Both the position numbers and the translations under genes were made by a program. Of a stretch of 64,000 bases of DNA, positions 30,731-40,160 are shown piece by piece. Under the pieces are notes generated by a model. That model did not search any database, was not told the origin of the DNA, and saw nothing but the letters and a program-made list of their open reading frames with translations. Within the stretch, counting starts at the first letter, position 1; the number at the start of each line of letters is the position of its first letter. The DNA lies in NCBI GenBank assembly GCA_963737265.1, contig CAVTRY010000016.1:256001-320000 (forward strand), read 5' to 3'. The stretch is from an uncultured delta proteobacterium. GTDB taxonomy: Bacteria > Myxococcota_A > Polyangia > Fen-1088.

Positions 30731-30820
30731 GCATTCCCCTGCCAGACACTTTACCCCTTGGCGAACCGGCGCGTCTCCCTCGTTCGCGTTGCCGGCGGCG
30801 AAGCCAGGTCGGACGACGCG

Positions 30821-31225
30821 TCAGGCCTCGCCGATTGGAGACGAACAGGCGACGCTCGACAGCGTCGAAAGACCGAGCGATGAAAGCACCATGCGATCCT
30901 CCAGACTGACGTCGAGGAAGCGGATCCCCATGCCACCGGTGTTGGGGGCATCGCTCACCCAGCGCACTTCCCCGCGCAGTTCCAGCGGACGGTCGCGCCA
31001 AGGGATGTCGAGCCACACGCGAACCGATTCGCCGGTGGCGTCGAGATAGTCCGAGCAAAAGAAGAGGCCGTCGGCGCTCACGTCGGTCACCACGCCCTCG
31101 ACGACGAGGCTGTCGCTCACATACTTGGCCTCGATCTGCACCTTCATGCGGGCAGACCGTCTCAGCTCTCTCGACCTCTCAAGGTATGGCAACATCTTGT
31201 GAACCCCCGTCGCATCGTCCGGCAT
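30821..31225 (-). CDS. PilZ domain protein
   Basis: RRSAR, DVSADGLF, GEVRW, GMGIRF; start uncertain. Confidence 0.85.
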   Translation of the reverse strand: MPDDATGVHKMLPYLERSRELRRSARMKVQIEAKYVSDSLVVEGVVTDVSADGLFFCSDYLDATGESVRVWLDIPWRDRPLELRGEVRWVSDAPNTGGMGIRFLDVSLEDRMVLSSLGLSTLSSVACSSPIGEA

Positions 31226-31470
31226 TCAGCATTCGCCAGCATTCAGCCCCATCGGTTGTCGTGTCAACTTCTGTAGCGTTAGAGCCGCTACCGGCGTGTT
31301 CTTGACCAAGTCCCAGGGTAGACGCGATGCATTTTCAGGCGTTGATTCGCGAGCGGAGTTTTTTCCATACGAAAGTCGCCACCCGTGCTACAACTTCCCG
31401 CCCGGTCAGCCGACTGGCTTTACCGACCGGCTTTACCGACCAGACTTCGCCTAACATTTTCCGCCCGCTC

Positions 31471-31543
31471 GGGCCCATAGCTCAATTGGTAGAGCTGCGG
31501 ACTTTTAATCCGTAGGTCGCAGGTTCAATTCCTGCTGGGCCCA
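31471..31543 (+). tRNA. tRNA-Lys (UUU)
   Basis: Acceptor GGGCCCA/TGGGCCC, anticodon arm GCGGA-CTTTTAA-TCCGT, T-loop GGTTCAATTCC; CCA not encoded. Confidence 0.95.
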
Positions 31544-31569
31544 CCGCCCCTCGCCAAAAAACTGAATAG

Positions 31570-31644
31570 GACCTCGTCGTCTAGTCCGGCCCAGGACAGT
31601 GGCCCTTCAAGCCACGAACACGGGTTCGAATCCCGTCGAGGTCG
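31570..31644 (+). tRNA. tRNA-Glu (UUC)
   Basis: Acceptor GACCTCG/CGAGGTC, anticodon arm GTGGC-CCTTCAA-GCCAC, T-loop GGTTCGAATCC. Confidence 0.9.
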
Positions 31645-31764
31645 CTAGCTGCCTGCCCCCAGCAGGATGCAAGCGGGATGCGGCTGAATCGCTCCCCTTC
31701 ACAGGCCGGCCGAAGCCCGAGGGTGGCTACTATTCCGCCCGGACAACCGATCATCTATCGACGA

Positions 31765-31872
31765 AGGTGGGGTGAAGTCCGCGAATTTACTTCGCGTACG
31801 AGGGGAGGGCAGCGGCCCTCCCTTCAAAAATCTTCAAGACGGGTCCATTTATGGACACGTCTTGAGGCGAAG
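31765..31872. repeat. Three-hairpin dispersed element, copy 3
   Basis: Matches copy 2 apart from a G>T in hairpin 1. Confidence 0.92.
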
Positions 31873-32009
31873 TCCTCCAGATGGAGAGAATCTGGTCGAA
31901 AGATGTTGAGAATCTGGCGGGAGAGACCGGAGAGAGCGCGCAAGCTGCGGCAACGGGGAATCGGTGGAAGTTCACCATCGCCCGCCGCAAGTGAGGATGG
32001 TGTCGGCAC

Positions 32010-33416
32010 GTGAAAATTCAGCTCGTCTATCCAGATCCGAACCCGCGCGTGGGGCTAAGTGGGCGAAAGGTCGAGAGCGCTGCGCTCCAGCTCCTGGCGG
32101 CGATCACTCCGGCTGAGCACGAGGTGTCCATCGTGCAGGAGCACCTGGGCGATCCCGTGCGCTTCGACGACGCCAAGGTCGATCTGGTGGGCATCACCGC
32201 CATGACGATTCAGGCCCGCCGAGCCTACGAAATCGCGGACGGTTATCGCAGCGCGGGCAAGACGGTGGTTCTGGGCGGAATTCATCCGTCGGTGCGGCCC
32301 GACGAGGCGCTGCTGCATGCGGACGCCGTGGTCGTCGGCGAGGCCGAGCCGGTCTGGCCGCAAGTCCTCGCCGATGCGGCGAGCGGCAAACTGCGCGGCA
32401 GCTATCGTGGCCAGGACTATGCGGATCTGCGCCAGCTTCCGCACTACCGGCGCGATCTCTTCCCCAAGCGGTCGACCTTCTCGCTCGGAGCGGTGCAAGC
32501 CGCGCGCGGCTGTCCCTACGATTGTTCGTTTTGTTCCGCCACCTTGTTCGCGGGGCGCAAATACCGCTTTCGCCCGGTCGAGAACGTCATCGCGGAGATC
32601 AAAAGCATGAACACGCGCGTCGTGTTCTTTCTCGATGACAACATCTTTTCTAGCGAACCCTACTGTCGTGCGCTCTTCTCCGAGCTCAAAAAGCTCGACA
32701 TCATCTGGGTCGGGCAGGCCTCGCTGCATCTCACCGCCAGCAACCCCGCCCTGCTCAAGCTGGCGGCCGAGAGCGGCTGCTTCTCCCTGTTTGTCGGCAT
32801 CGAATCGCTTTCCGAAGCCAACCTGCGAGCCGCCGGTGCGCTGGCGAAGAACAAGGCCAGTTCGCCCGCGCAGCTGGGCGCGAGCCTTCGCGTCCTGCAC
32901 GAGCACGGCATCATGGTCATGGCCGGCGTAATCTTCGGATTCGACGACGACGATGCGGGGGTGTTTGCGCGCACGCGCGAGTTTCTCCTCGACCATCGCG
33001 TGGGGCACGGATCGTTCTCGGCCCTGACCCCGTTCCCGGGTACGCGGCTGTTCGACGAGCTGCACGCCCAGTCGCGCATCACCACCTACGACTGGTCGAA
33101 ATACGACGGCGCCACGGCGGTGTTCTTGCCCAAGCGCATGACCGCGGAGGAATTGCAGGAGGGAACGCGCCAAATGGGCGTGAACTTCTACAGCACGCCG
33201 CAGATCCTGCGCCGGCTTTGGGTGAACCGCCACCATCCCCTCATCTACCTCGGGACCAGCTTTGCCTGGCGGCATTCGTGCAGGGTGGAGAACAACGTTC
33301 CCTTGCTGGCTCGCAGCGGCCGCTGGAAGAAGGGCCACGAAACATTGGACGTGCCCAGTCTAGAACCCTTGGCCGATGCAAGGTTGCTTGCTGCGTCGGA
33401 CCAGGGCGCCGAGTAA
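32010..33416 (+). CDS. Cobalamin-binding radical SAM protein
   Basis: VVLGGIHPS, VVGEAE, RGCPYDCSFC, DDNI, GIES, TPFPGT. Confidence 0.92.
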   Translation: MKIQLVYPDPNPRVGLSGRKVESAALQLLAAITPAEHEVSIVQEHLGDPVRFDDAKVDLVGITAMTIQARRAYEIADGYRSAGKTVVLGGIHPSVRPDEALLHADAVVVGEAEPVWPQVLADAASGKLRGSYRGQDYADLRQLPHYRRDLFPKRSTFSLGAVQAARGCPYDCSFCSATLFAGRKYRFRPVENVIAEIKSMNTRVVFFLDDNIFSSEPYCRALFSELKKLDIIWVGQASLHLTASNPALLKLAAESGCFSLFVGIESLSEANLRAAGALAKNKASSPAQLGASLRVLHEHGIMVMAGVIFGFDDDDAGVFARTREFLLDHRVGHGSFSALTPFPGTRLFDELHAQSRITTYDWSKYDGATAVFLPKRMTAEELQEGTRQMGVNFYSTPQILRRLWVNRHHPLIYLGTSFAWRHSCRVENNVPLLARSGRWKKGHETLDVPSLEPLADARLLAASDQGAE

Positions 33417-33475
33417 GAGCGAAATCAGAGACCCCGCCAAGTTGGCCGCCACCAGCTAGAATTGGGGCCATCCCA

Positions 33476-34660
33476 ATGTCCACCAGCGGTCAAGCGCTTT
33501 CCCTCACCGTGCATTCCGGAGTCAGCGACCTCGCACCGGCCGACTGGGACGCGCTGGTGGACGGCGACGATCCCTTCCTCGAGCACGCCTTCCTGGCGGC
33601 ACTCGAACGTTCGGGCAGCGTCGGTCCCGACACCGGGTGGGAGCCGCGCATCCTGGTCGCACATCAGGGATCGCGGCCGGTGGGCGCCGTGCCGCTCTAT
33701 CTCAAGTACGACAGCATGGGGGAGTTCATCTGGGATTTTGCCTGGGCGCACGGGGCACAAAACGCCGGCATCCGCTACTTTCCCAAGCTGGTCGCGGCGG
33801 CTCCCTTCACGCCGGCGGGAGGCCGCCGCCTGCTCGTGCACCCTGGCGCGGATCGCCACGTCGTCGCGGCGACGCTCGGCACGGGACTGCGCATGGTTGC
33901 CGACAAGACCGGCGCGTCGTCGATTCACGTCCTCTTTTGCCGCGAGGACGAGCTGGCCTTGCTGGCACCGGCCGGCTTCGTGGCGCGCGCAAGCTACCAA
34001 TTCCAGTGGGCCAACCGCCAGCCCGATCGCTACCGGAGCTTCGACGACTACCTCGGCGAATTCCGCTCGCGCAACCGCAAGCAGGTACGCCACGAACGAG
34101 CGGTGGCGAGCAGCCATGGCTTGCGCATCGTCACCGCGCTCGGCAGCGAGCTCGACGACCGCGCCTGGAACGCGCTCGACCGCTTCTACCGCTCGACCGT
34201 CGATCAATACGGCAACGTGGCCTTCTTGACGCCGGCTTTTTTCGCGGAAATCCGCCGCACACACGCGCATCGCTTGCTCGCCGTGCTGGCCTACCGGGAC
34301 GACGAGCCCGTCGCCGCGACCACCAGCTTCGTTCGCGGCAAGCGGCTCTACGGCCGCTACTGGGGCAGCGCCGAACCGCTTCCCATGTTGCACTTCGAGC
34401 TGTGTTTCTACCGCCTCATCGAATACGCCATCGCGCACGGCCTCGACGGCTTCGAAGGCGGCGCCGGCGGCGAACAAAAGCTCAAGCGCGGCCTGCTACC
34501 GCGCCGCACGTTCAGCGCGCACTGGATCCGCCACCGCGTCCTCGCCCAGGCCATCGCCGACTACGTCGAGCAGGAAGCCGAGACCGTGCGCGAAGAAATG
34601 CGCGCGCATCTCGATAGCTCTCCATTCGCCCGCCGCGAAGAATGCGGTCCCACCAAGTAG
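33476..34660 (+). CDS. FemAB-like GNAT protein (DUF482-type)
   Basis: PFLEHAFLAALERSG, YFPKLV..PFTP, LYGRYWG, LHFELCFY, GEQKL.RG. Confidence 0.88.
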   Translation: MSTSGQALSLTVHSGVSDLAPADWDALVDGDDPFLEHAFLAALERSGSVGPDTGWEPRILVAHQGSRPVGAVPLYLKYDSMGEFIWDFAWAHGAQNAGIRYFPKLVAAAPFTPAGGRRLLVHPGADRHVVAATLGTGLRMVADKTGASSIHVLFCREDELALLAPAGFVARASYQFQWANRQPDRYRSFDDYLGEFRSRNRKQVRHERAVASSHGLRIVTALGSELDDRAWNALDRFYRSTVDQYGNVAFLTPAFFAEIRRTHAHRLLAVLAYRDDEPVAATTSFVRGKRLYGRYWGSAEPLPMLHFELCFYRLIEYAIAHGLDGFEGGAGGEQKLKRGLLPRRTFSAHWIRHRVLAQAIADYVEQEAETVREEMRAHLDSSPFARREECGPTK

Positions 34661-34860
34661 ACCGCGCACCACGAACCCTTCGGACAGGGCTTTCTAGAGC
34701 GACTAGCAACGACACCAGACAAGACCCGGAAGGCCAGGCTCCACAAGATCAATGAAGCCTTGAGCAAGGCGGTGCCGCAATTTGTTGAATTGAAATTCGA
34801 AAAGGACGAAGTCCGACGCCGAGATTCCCAGGAAAACCACCACGTGGACACCGAAACCCG

Positions 34861-35328
34861 CTACGGCGTGCTGAAGCCGAGAGTCCTCGCAGCGCGAGTC
34901 AGGCCGCCGTCGAAGGCGAGAAAGCGTACCTCGCCATCGAATCCGTCCCTCAGCATGCGCTTGGCTTCCCTGGCTGACGCCAGGTGAATGGCATCGTAAG
35001 TTCGTAGCGGAAACCGCTCGGCCAATTGCCGTGCGTCTCGCAGGACATCTTCACTCAACGCCACTTCTTGGATGGACTCGTCCCAGTATCGTTCAAGCGT
35101 CCCCAGGTGATGGGGCAGGTCAGCAGCCGGGATTCGTCCCAGGTGAACCATGCGCGCCAGACTGACCCATGCCTCGGTGTAGCCCAATTGGCTTACCAGT
35201 AGAACCTCCGCGCCCGCACGTCCCTTGGCGAGCGCCCGGACTTCCGCGCTTCCGTCCTCGTCGACGAACAGCTTCACCAACGCGGACGTGTCGAGGTAGA
35301 GGGCAAAGCCCTCGCGTCGAACAGCCAC
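34861..35328 (-). CDS. vapC: VapC PIN-domain toxin
   Basis: YLDTSALVKLFV.E.GS, LRTYDAIHLASA, FLAFD. Confidence 0.88.
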   Translation of the reverse strand: MAVRREGFALYLDTSALVKLFVDEDGSAEVRALAKGRAGAEVLLVSQLGYTEAWVSLARMVHLGRIPAADLPHHLGTLERYWDESIQEVALSEDVLRDARQLAERFPLRTYDAIHLASAREAKRMLRDGFDGEVRFLAFDGGLTRAARTLGFSTP

Positions 35329-35598
35329 CTACCCCGCCCAATCCATGAGAACGAGCGCCGATGCCATCGGACCGCCGCCTTGTAGCTCTATCAGCTTGGG
35401 CAGCGGCCCCGGGCGCTTGAGCTTGCGCATCGGCATGGCCGAAGCCCCATGCGAAACCAAGTCCGCAATCGGCGTTCCGTGGTTGGTGATGACCACCCGC
35501 ATACCGTCCCTGGCGTGCTTGGTAAGGCCGCTCAAGTTTGCCTTTGCGTCTCTCAAGGAGACGATTTCCTCGTTGGCAAGTCGCGCTGCACGCCGCAT
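35329..35598 (-). CDS. Phd/YefM family antitoxin
   Basis: VSLRDAKANLS...VVITNHGTPIADL; directly upstream of the PIN toxin. Confidence 0.85.
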   Translation of the reverse strand: MRRAARLANEEIVSLRDAKANLSGLTKHARDGMRVVITNHGTPIADLVSHGASAMPMRKLKRPGPLPKLIELQGGGPMASALVLMDWAG

Positions 35599-35950
35599 CG
35601 ATAGTCCTTCACATCAAGGTAACCCCTTTGTAGTCACCATGCAACTACATTCCAGCCGGGCGCGTTCCGCAGCCACAGGACCAGGACGGTCAGCGCCGCA
35701 ATCGCCGCGATGGCGCCAACGACAACGGTGCGAGAATGGCTGCGCGCGGGGTTGTCCTCGCGGACGTCGTTTGTTTCTAGCGCAGCGGCGGCGGACAGCT
35801 CTGGCATTTCCAGCTTCGCGGTCTTCGCTACGAGTCGCCGGGATGCGGTTTGGCGCCGCTCAAGAGCTCGTAAAGGATCACGCCGAGAGCGTAGATCCTA
35901 AAGTCCATATCCAGCTCGTGCGTGGATCGCGCGGGCTGGTGGCATATATG

Positions 35951-36087
35951 CGCCTCTCCCCGATGGGGAGAGGCCGCCGGAGTCTGCGTCGGCAGGTGAG
36001 GGGCCACGCGTGTGAAGGCGGATTCTGCTGCCCCTCACCGGCCGCGCTTCGCGCGTCGGCCTCCCCGCGCGGACACGGGGCGAGGCG
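35951..36087. repeat. REP-like inverted doublet (family B)
   Basis: CGCCTCTCCCC..GGGGAGAGGCCG...GGTGAGGGG followed by an inverted related copy; similar unit at 48024-48075. Confidence 0.65.
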
Positions 36088-36145
36088 ATAGGGTCGCTGT
36101 GCGGCCGCTTCAAGAGAGGGGAACGTCTCAAAACCCTGAAAGAGG

Positions 36146-37555
36146 CTAAATCCCCTTTTCGGCCAGTTCTTTGGTTACCTTCGCCATGACCTTGCCGTTG
36201 AGCGGATAGAGCATCATGAAGAAGGCGCCGATGAAGCAGGTGATCATTGGGGCCCAGCTCATCATGAAACGCATGATGTCCTTGACCTGCTCGGACTGCG
36301 GCTGGTTGGCCACGTAACCCGCGAGCCCCAGCAGGATGCTGGTCAGCGAGCCGCCGATGGCCCAGCCGAATTTCTGGGCGAACGACCCGGCCGACATGAC
36401 GAGACCGTTCGATGCCGAAGCGCCCTGGTTGCGCATGTAGGCGGCGATGTCGGTGTACATGGCGAACAGGATGGCGCCGGTAGGTCCGGTGAGAAACGAG
36501 AACAGCGCTTGGGTCGCAATGATGGTCGTGATGTTCTTGTTGGGGATGTAATAGAAGTAGATGGAAAGCAGGCCCGACGAGATGATGAGCACATAGTACA
36601 TCTTCTTCTTGTCGATGGTCTTGGCGAAGAAGGTGAACGTAATCACGCCGAGCAGGGCGCAGATGGTGCCGAAGGTGAAAAAGGCACTGACCGCGCCGCC
36701 CTGGAACATCCCCCACCGCGCCACGGCCTCCTGGTCGACGTAGTACTTGAAGTAGTAGGCGGCGACGCCGAAGCGCAGGGTGAACGCGGCAATCGTGAAG
36801 AAGGAGACGAAGAACAGCAGCCACCACGCCCCGCAGCCGAAGATGTTCTTGAGATCCTTGGCGACGTCCCCCTTTTCCTTGTCGTCGGGCTCGATTCTTT
36901 CGCGCGTCAGCTTGCCGGTGGCCAGGAAGCAGACCATGGCCACGACCGCGAACAGGGTCATGACGATGAAGAATCCCTTCTGCTGCTGGCTTTGCCCGTT
37001 GCCGCCGCCGATCTTCGCGACCATGAACATGAGACCACTCGACACGATAAGGCCCGCGACCTGCGCGCCAATCATGCGGAAGAAGCTGGTGCTGCTGCGT
37101 TCGCCCGGCTCGCGCGACATCACACTCATCAGGGCCGAGTAGGGGACGTTGATAAAGGAGTAAACCATGCAAAACACGGTGTAGGTGGCCCAGGCATAGA
37201 CCACCTTGGCCCCCGGCCCGAGGTTGGGGGAGAAGAAGGCGATGCTGCTGACGAGCGCGAAGGGAAGCGCGAACCAGTAGAGATACGGCCGAAACTTGCC
37301 GAGCCCGGGTCGCGGGCGCGTGCGATCGGCGATGAGCCCGACCAGCGGATCGATCACCGTGTCCCAGATGCGGGTGACGAGCAGCATGTAGCCGACCGCT
37401 GTCGAGGATATGCCGAAGACGTCGGTGTAGAAGAAGTTCCCGAACAGAACAAAGGGCATCCAGAATAGGTTCGAGGCGAAGTCCCCGAGCGCGTAGCCGA
37501 ACTTCTCGATGAACGGAATCACTTGGGATGGATCGACGGTGCGCTGTTCCGACAT
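36146..37555 (-). CDS. Glycoside-pentoside-hexuronide (MFS) cation symporter
   Basis: EKFGYALGDFASN, RIWDTVIDP..G..ADRT, GKFRPY, NVPYSAL. Confidence 0.92.
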   Translation of the reverse strand: MSEQRTVDPSQVIPFIEKFGYALGDFASNLFWMPFVLFGNFFYTDVFGISSTAVGYMLLVTRIWDTVIDPLVGLIADRTRPRPGLGKFRPYLYWFALPFALVSSIAFFSPNLGPGAKVVYAWATYTVFCMVYSFINVPYSALMSVMSREPGERSSTSFFRMIGAQVAGLIVSSGLMFMVAKIGGGNGQSQQQKGFFIVMTLFAVVAMVCFLATGKLTRERIEPDDKEKGDVAKDLKNIFGCGAWWLLFFVSFFTIAAFTLRFGVAAYYFKYYVDQEAVARWGMFQGGAVSAFFTFGTICALLGVITFTFFAKTIDKKKMYYVLIISSGLLSIYFYYIPNKNITTIIATQALFSFLTGPTGAILFAMYTDIAAYMRNQGASASNGLVMSAGSFAQKFGWAIGGSLTSILLGLAGYVANQPQSEQVKDIMRFMMSWAPMITCFIGAFFMMLYPLNGKVMAKVTKELAEKGI

Positions 37556-37722
37556 GGTTTCCTCATTCTCGACCCGGCCGGGTCTGTCGCGTGTGGCGGG
37601 CAAGTTAACATCGACCCGCCAAGGTTCCTAGCCCAGTGTTCTCGCCGTCCTTACCGGCTCCGGCACGCCTTGACGCCTGCTTTGACTTGCACCCGGCCCG
37701 GGGGTTAAATCGCGAAACTTCC

Positions 37723-40125
37723 ATGAGCACCAAGAGCGAAGCTCTCCTCTCCAATCCCTACGGCTACTACGACGCCGACCAGCGCGAGTACGTGATCACG
37801 CGGCCGGATACGCCCACGCCATGGTTCAACTTTATCGGCGAGGGTCGCTACGGCGGCATTGTTTCGAACGCGGCGGGCGGCTTTGCCTTCGACCGCGACC
37901 CCAAGAACCGACGCGTTTCTCGCTACCGCTACAACGCCCTGCCCGCGGATCAACCCGGCCGCTACATCTATATCCGCGACATGGAGAGCGGAAAGTATTG
38001 GAGCCCGACGGCGCAGCCCACGCCCGCGGTGAAGCTCTTGGCCTACGAATGCCGCCACGGCGCCGGCTACACCAAGATCGCCAGCAACTACAATGGCATC
38101 GTCGCCAGCCTGCTCTACTTCGTACCGCCCGCGCCGGCGGACGAGACCTGCCCGTGCGAGCTGTGGGTGCTCAAAGTCAAGAATACGGGTAAGAAGCCGC
38201 GCAAGCTGCGCACGTTTTCCTATATCGAGTTCAGCTTCCGCGATGCTCTCGGCGATCAACTGAACCTCGACTGGTGCCAGCACATCCTCGAGGCGCGGGT
38301 GAAAGACGGCATCATCACCTCGAAAACGCGCTTCGCCCCGACGACAAACTTCTTCGCTTCCAGCGTGAAGCCGGCGGGCTTTGAAACCGACCGCGAAATC
38401 TTCGTCGGGCGCTGGCGCGATCTTTCGAATCCCGAGATGGTGGAAAGCGGCAAGCCCACCAACACGCAGGCCGCGCGCGGCAACAACATCGGCAGCCTGT
38501 GCCACAACCTGACCCTGGCACCCGGCGAGGAAAAAGAGATCGTCTTCATCATGGGCGTGACCGACGAGCCGGCGCGCATCGCCAAGGTGGTGGGCAAGTT
38601 CCGCGCGCCCAAGAACGTCGCCGCCGCCTACGACGCGTTGAACGCCGACTGGAACGACTACCTTGGCCGCTTCACCGTCGAGACGCCCGACCCCATCGTC
38701 AATGCCATGCTGAACGTTTGGAATCCCATCCAGTGCCGCACCACCTTGTTCTGGTCGCGCTTCGTTTCGGCCTATGAAACTGGCACCGGACGCGGCATGG
38801 GCACGCGCGATTCGGCGCAAGACACCCTGGGCACGGTTCACAACGCCGCCGCGCGCGCCCGTTCGACCCTGACCATGTTGTGGCACCTGCAATACCAGGA
38901 TGGCCACACTTGGCACCAGGTGTTGCCCCTCACCGGCGAAGGCGGCCCCGGGCTTGCGGCGGAATTTCCCCAGTGGCCGCAGTGGTTCTCGGACGACCAT
39001 CTGTGGTTGATCCTGGGCGTGTGCTCGTACCTGCGCGAGACCGGCGACCTTGGCTATCTCGACGAAAAGGTCGCCTACACCGACGGGGGCGAGGACACCA
39101 TCTGGAATCACATGCTGCGCGCAGTGCAATTCACGCTCGACCACCGCGGCCCGCAGGGCCTGCCACGCATCGGATTTTCCGACTGGGACGACACGATGAA
39201 CGTGGATCACGGCAGCGGCAAGGCGGAAAGCGTGTGGGTCGGCCAGCACTTTTGCCGGGCCATGCTGGATCTGGCCGACCTCTCGGATCACCTCAAGGCA
39301 ACGGCGGACGCGACACGCTTCCGCGCCCTGCACGCCGAGATGGCGGCGATCATCAACAAGGTCGCCTGGGATGGGCAATGGTACGCCCGCGCCTACGACG
39401 ACGAGGGCAAACCGGTCGGCGTCGCAAGCGAAACCCACCATAAGATCGCGCTCAACACGCAAACCTGGGCTGCCATCGGCGAAGCCGCGCCACCCGAGCG
39501 GGCCAGGCAAGCGATGGAGAGCGCGCACAAGAAGCTCAACAGCAAGTTCGGACTTGCCCTGCTGTGGCCGGCCTACACCAAGGGCGACGAGCGCGTGCGC
39601 GGCACCACCACCTATCCGCCGGGCGCCAAGGAAAACGGCGGCATTTTCTGCCACGCCAATACCTGGGCCATCGTTGCCGCCGCCAAGCTCGGCATGGCCG
39701 AGCGGGCGATGCAGTACTACCTACAAATCACGCCCTTCACTCGCAAGGACGTCGACTGCATGAAGGTCGAGCCCTACGTCTATTGCGGCAACATCGCCGG
39801 CCCCGAGCACGAACAGTTCGGCTACGCCCGCAACGCCTGGCTATCCGGCACGGCCTCGTGGACCTACGTCGCCGGCACGCAGTGGATCCTCGGCATCCGC
39901 CCGACCTATCAGGGATTGCAAATCTCGCCCGCCATTCCCGACAAATGGAAAGGCTTCAAAGCCTCGCGCGTCTTCCGCGGCGTTCGCTACGCCATCGAGG
40001 TCAAACGCCAGGGAAAGGGCAACAAGGTCGCCTTGACCATCGACGGAAAACCAGTGGCCGGATCGGTCGTGCCGCTGCCCGCGCAGGGCACGAAAGAGGT
40101 CAAGGTCGAGGTGCGGCTGGGGTAG
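37723..40125 (+). CDS. GH94 glycoside phosphorylase (cellobiose/cellodextrin/chitobiose type)
   Basis: EYVITRPDTPTPW.N, GRGMGTRDSAQD, SDDHLWL, SDWDD, KENGGIFCH. Confidence 0.92.
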   Translation: MSTKSEALLSNPYGYYDADQREYVITRPDTPTPWFNFIGEGRYGGIVSNAAGGFAFDRDPKNRRVSRYRYNALPADQPGRYIYIRDMESGKYWSPTAQPTPAVKLLAYECRHGAGYTKIASNYNGIVASLLYFVPPAPADETCPCELWVLKVKNTGKKPRKLRTFSYIEFSFRDALGDQLNLDWCQHILEARVKDGIITSKTRFAPTTNFFASSVKPAGFETDREIFVGRWRDLSNPEMVESGKPTNTQAARGNNIGSLCHNLTLAPGEEKEIVFIMGVTDEPARIAKVVGKFRAPKNVAAAYDALNADWNDYLGRFTVETPDPIVNAMLNVWNPIQCRTTLFWSRFVSAYETGTGRGMGTRDSAQDTLGTVHNAAARARSTLTMLWHLQYQDGHTWHQVLPLTGEGGPGLAAEFPQWPQWFSDDHLWLILGVCSYLRETGDLGYLDEKVAYTDGGEDTIWNHMLRAVQFTLDHRGPQGLPRIGFSDWDDTMNVDHGSGKAESVWVGQHFCRAMLDLADLSDHLKATADATRFRALHAEMAAIINKVAWDGQWYARAYDDEGKPVGVASETHHKIALNTQTWAAIGEAAPPERARQAMESAHKKLNSKFGLALLWPAYTKGDERVRGTTTYPPGAKENGGIFCHANTWAIVAAAKLGMAERAMQYYLQITPFTRKDVDCMKVEPYVYCGNIAGPEHEQFGYARNAWLSGTASWTYVAGTQWILGIRPTYQGLQISPAIPDKWKGFKASRVFRGVRYAIEVKRQGKGNKVALTIDGKPVAGSVVPLPAQGTKEVKVEVRLG

Positions 40126-40160
40126 GCGTCGTCCCGGCGCCGAAGCCGAGGCAGGTTCGT

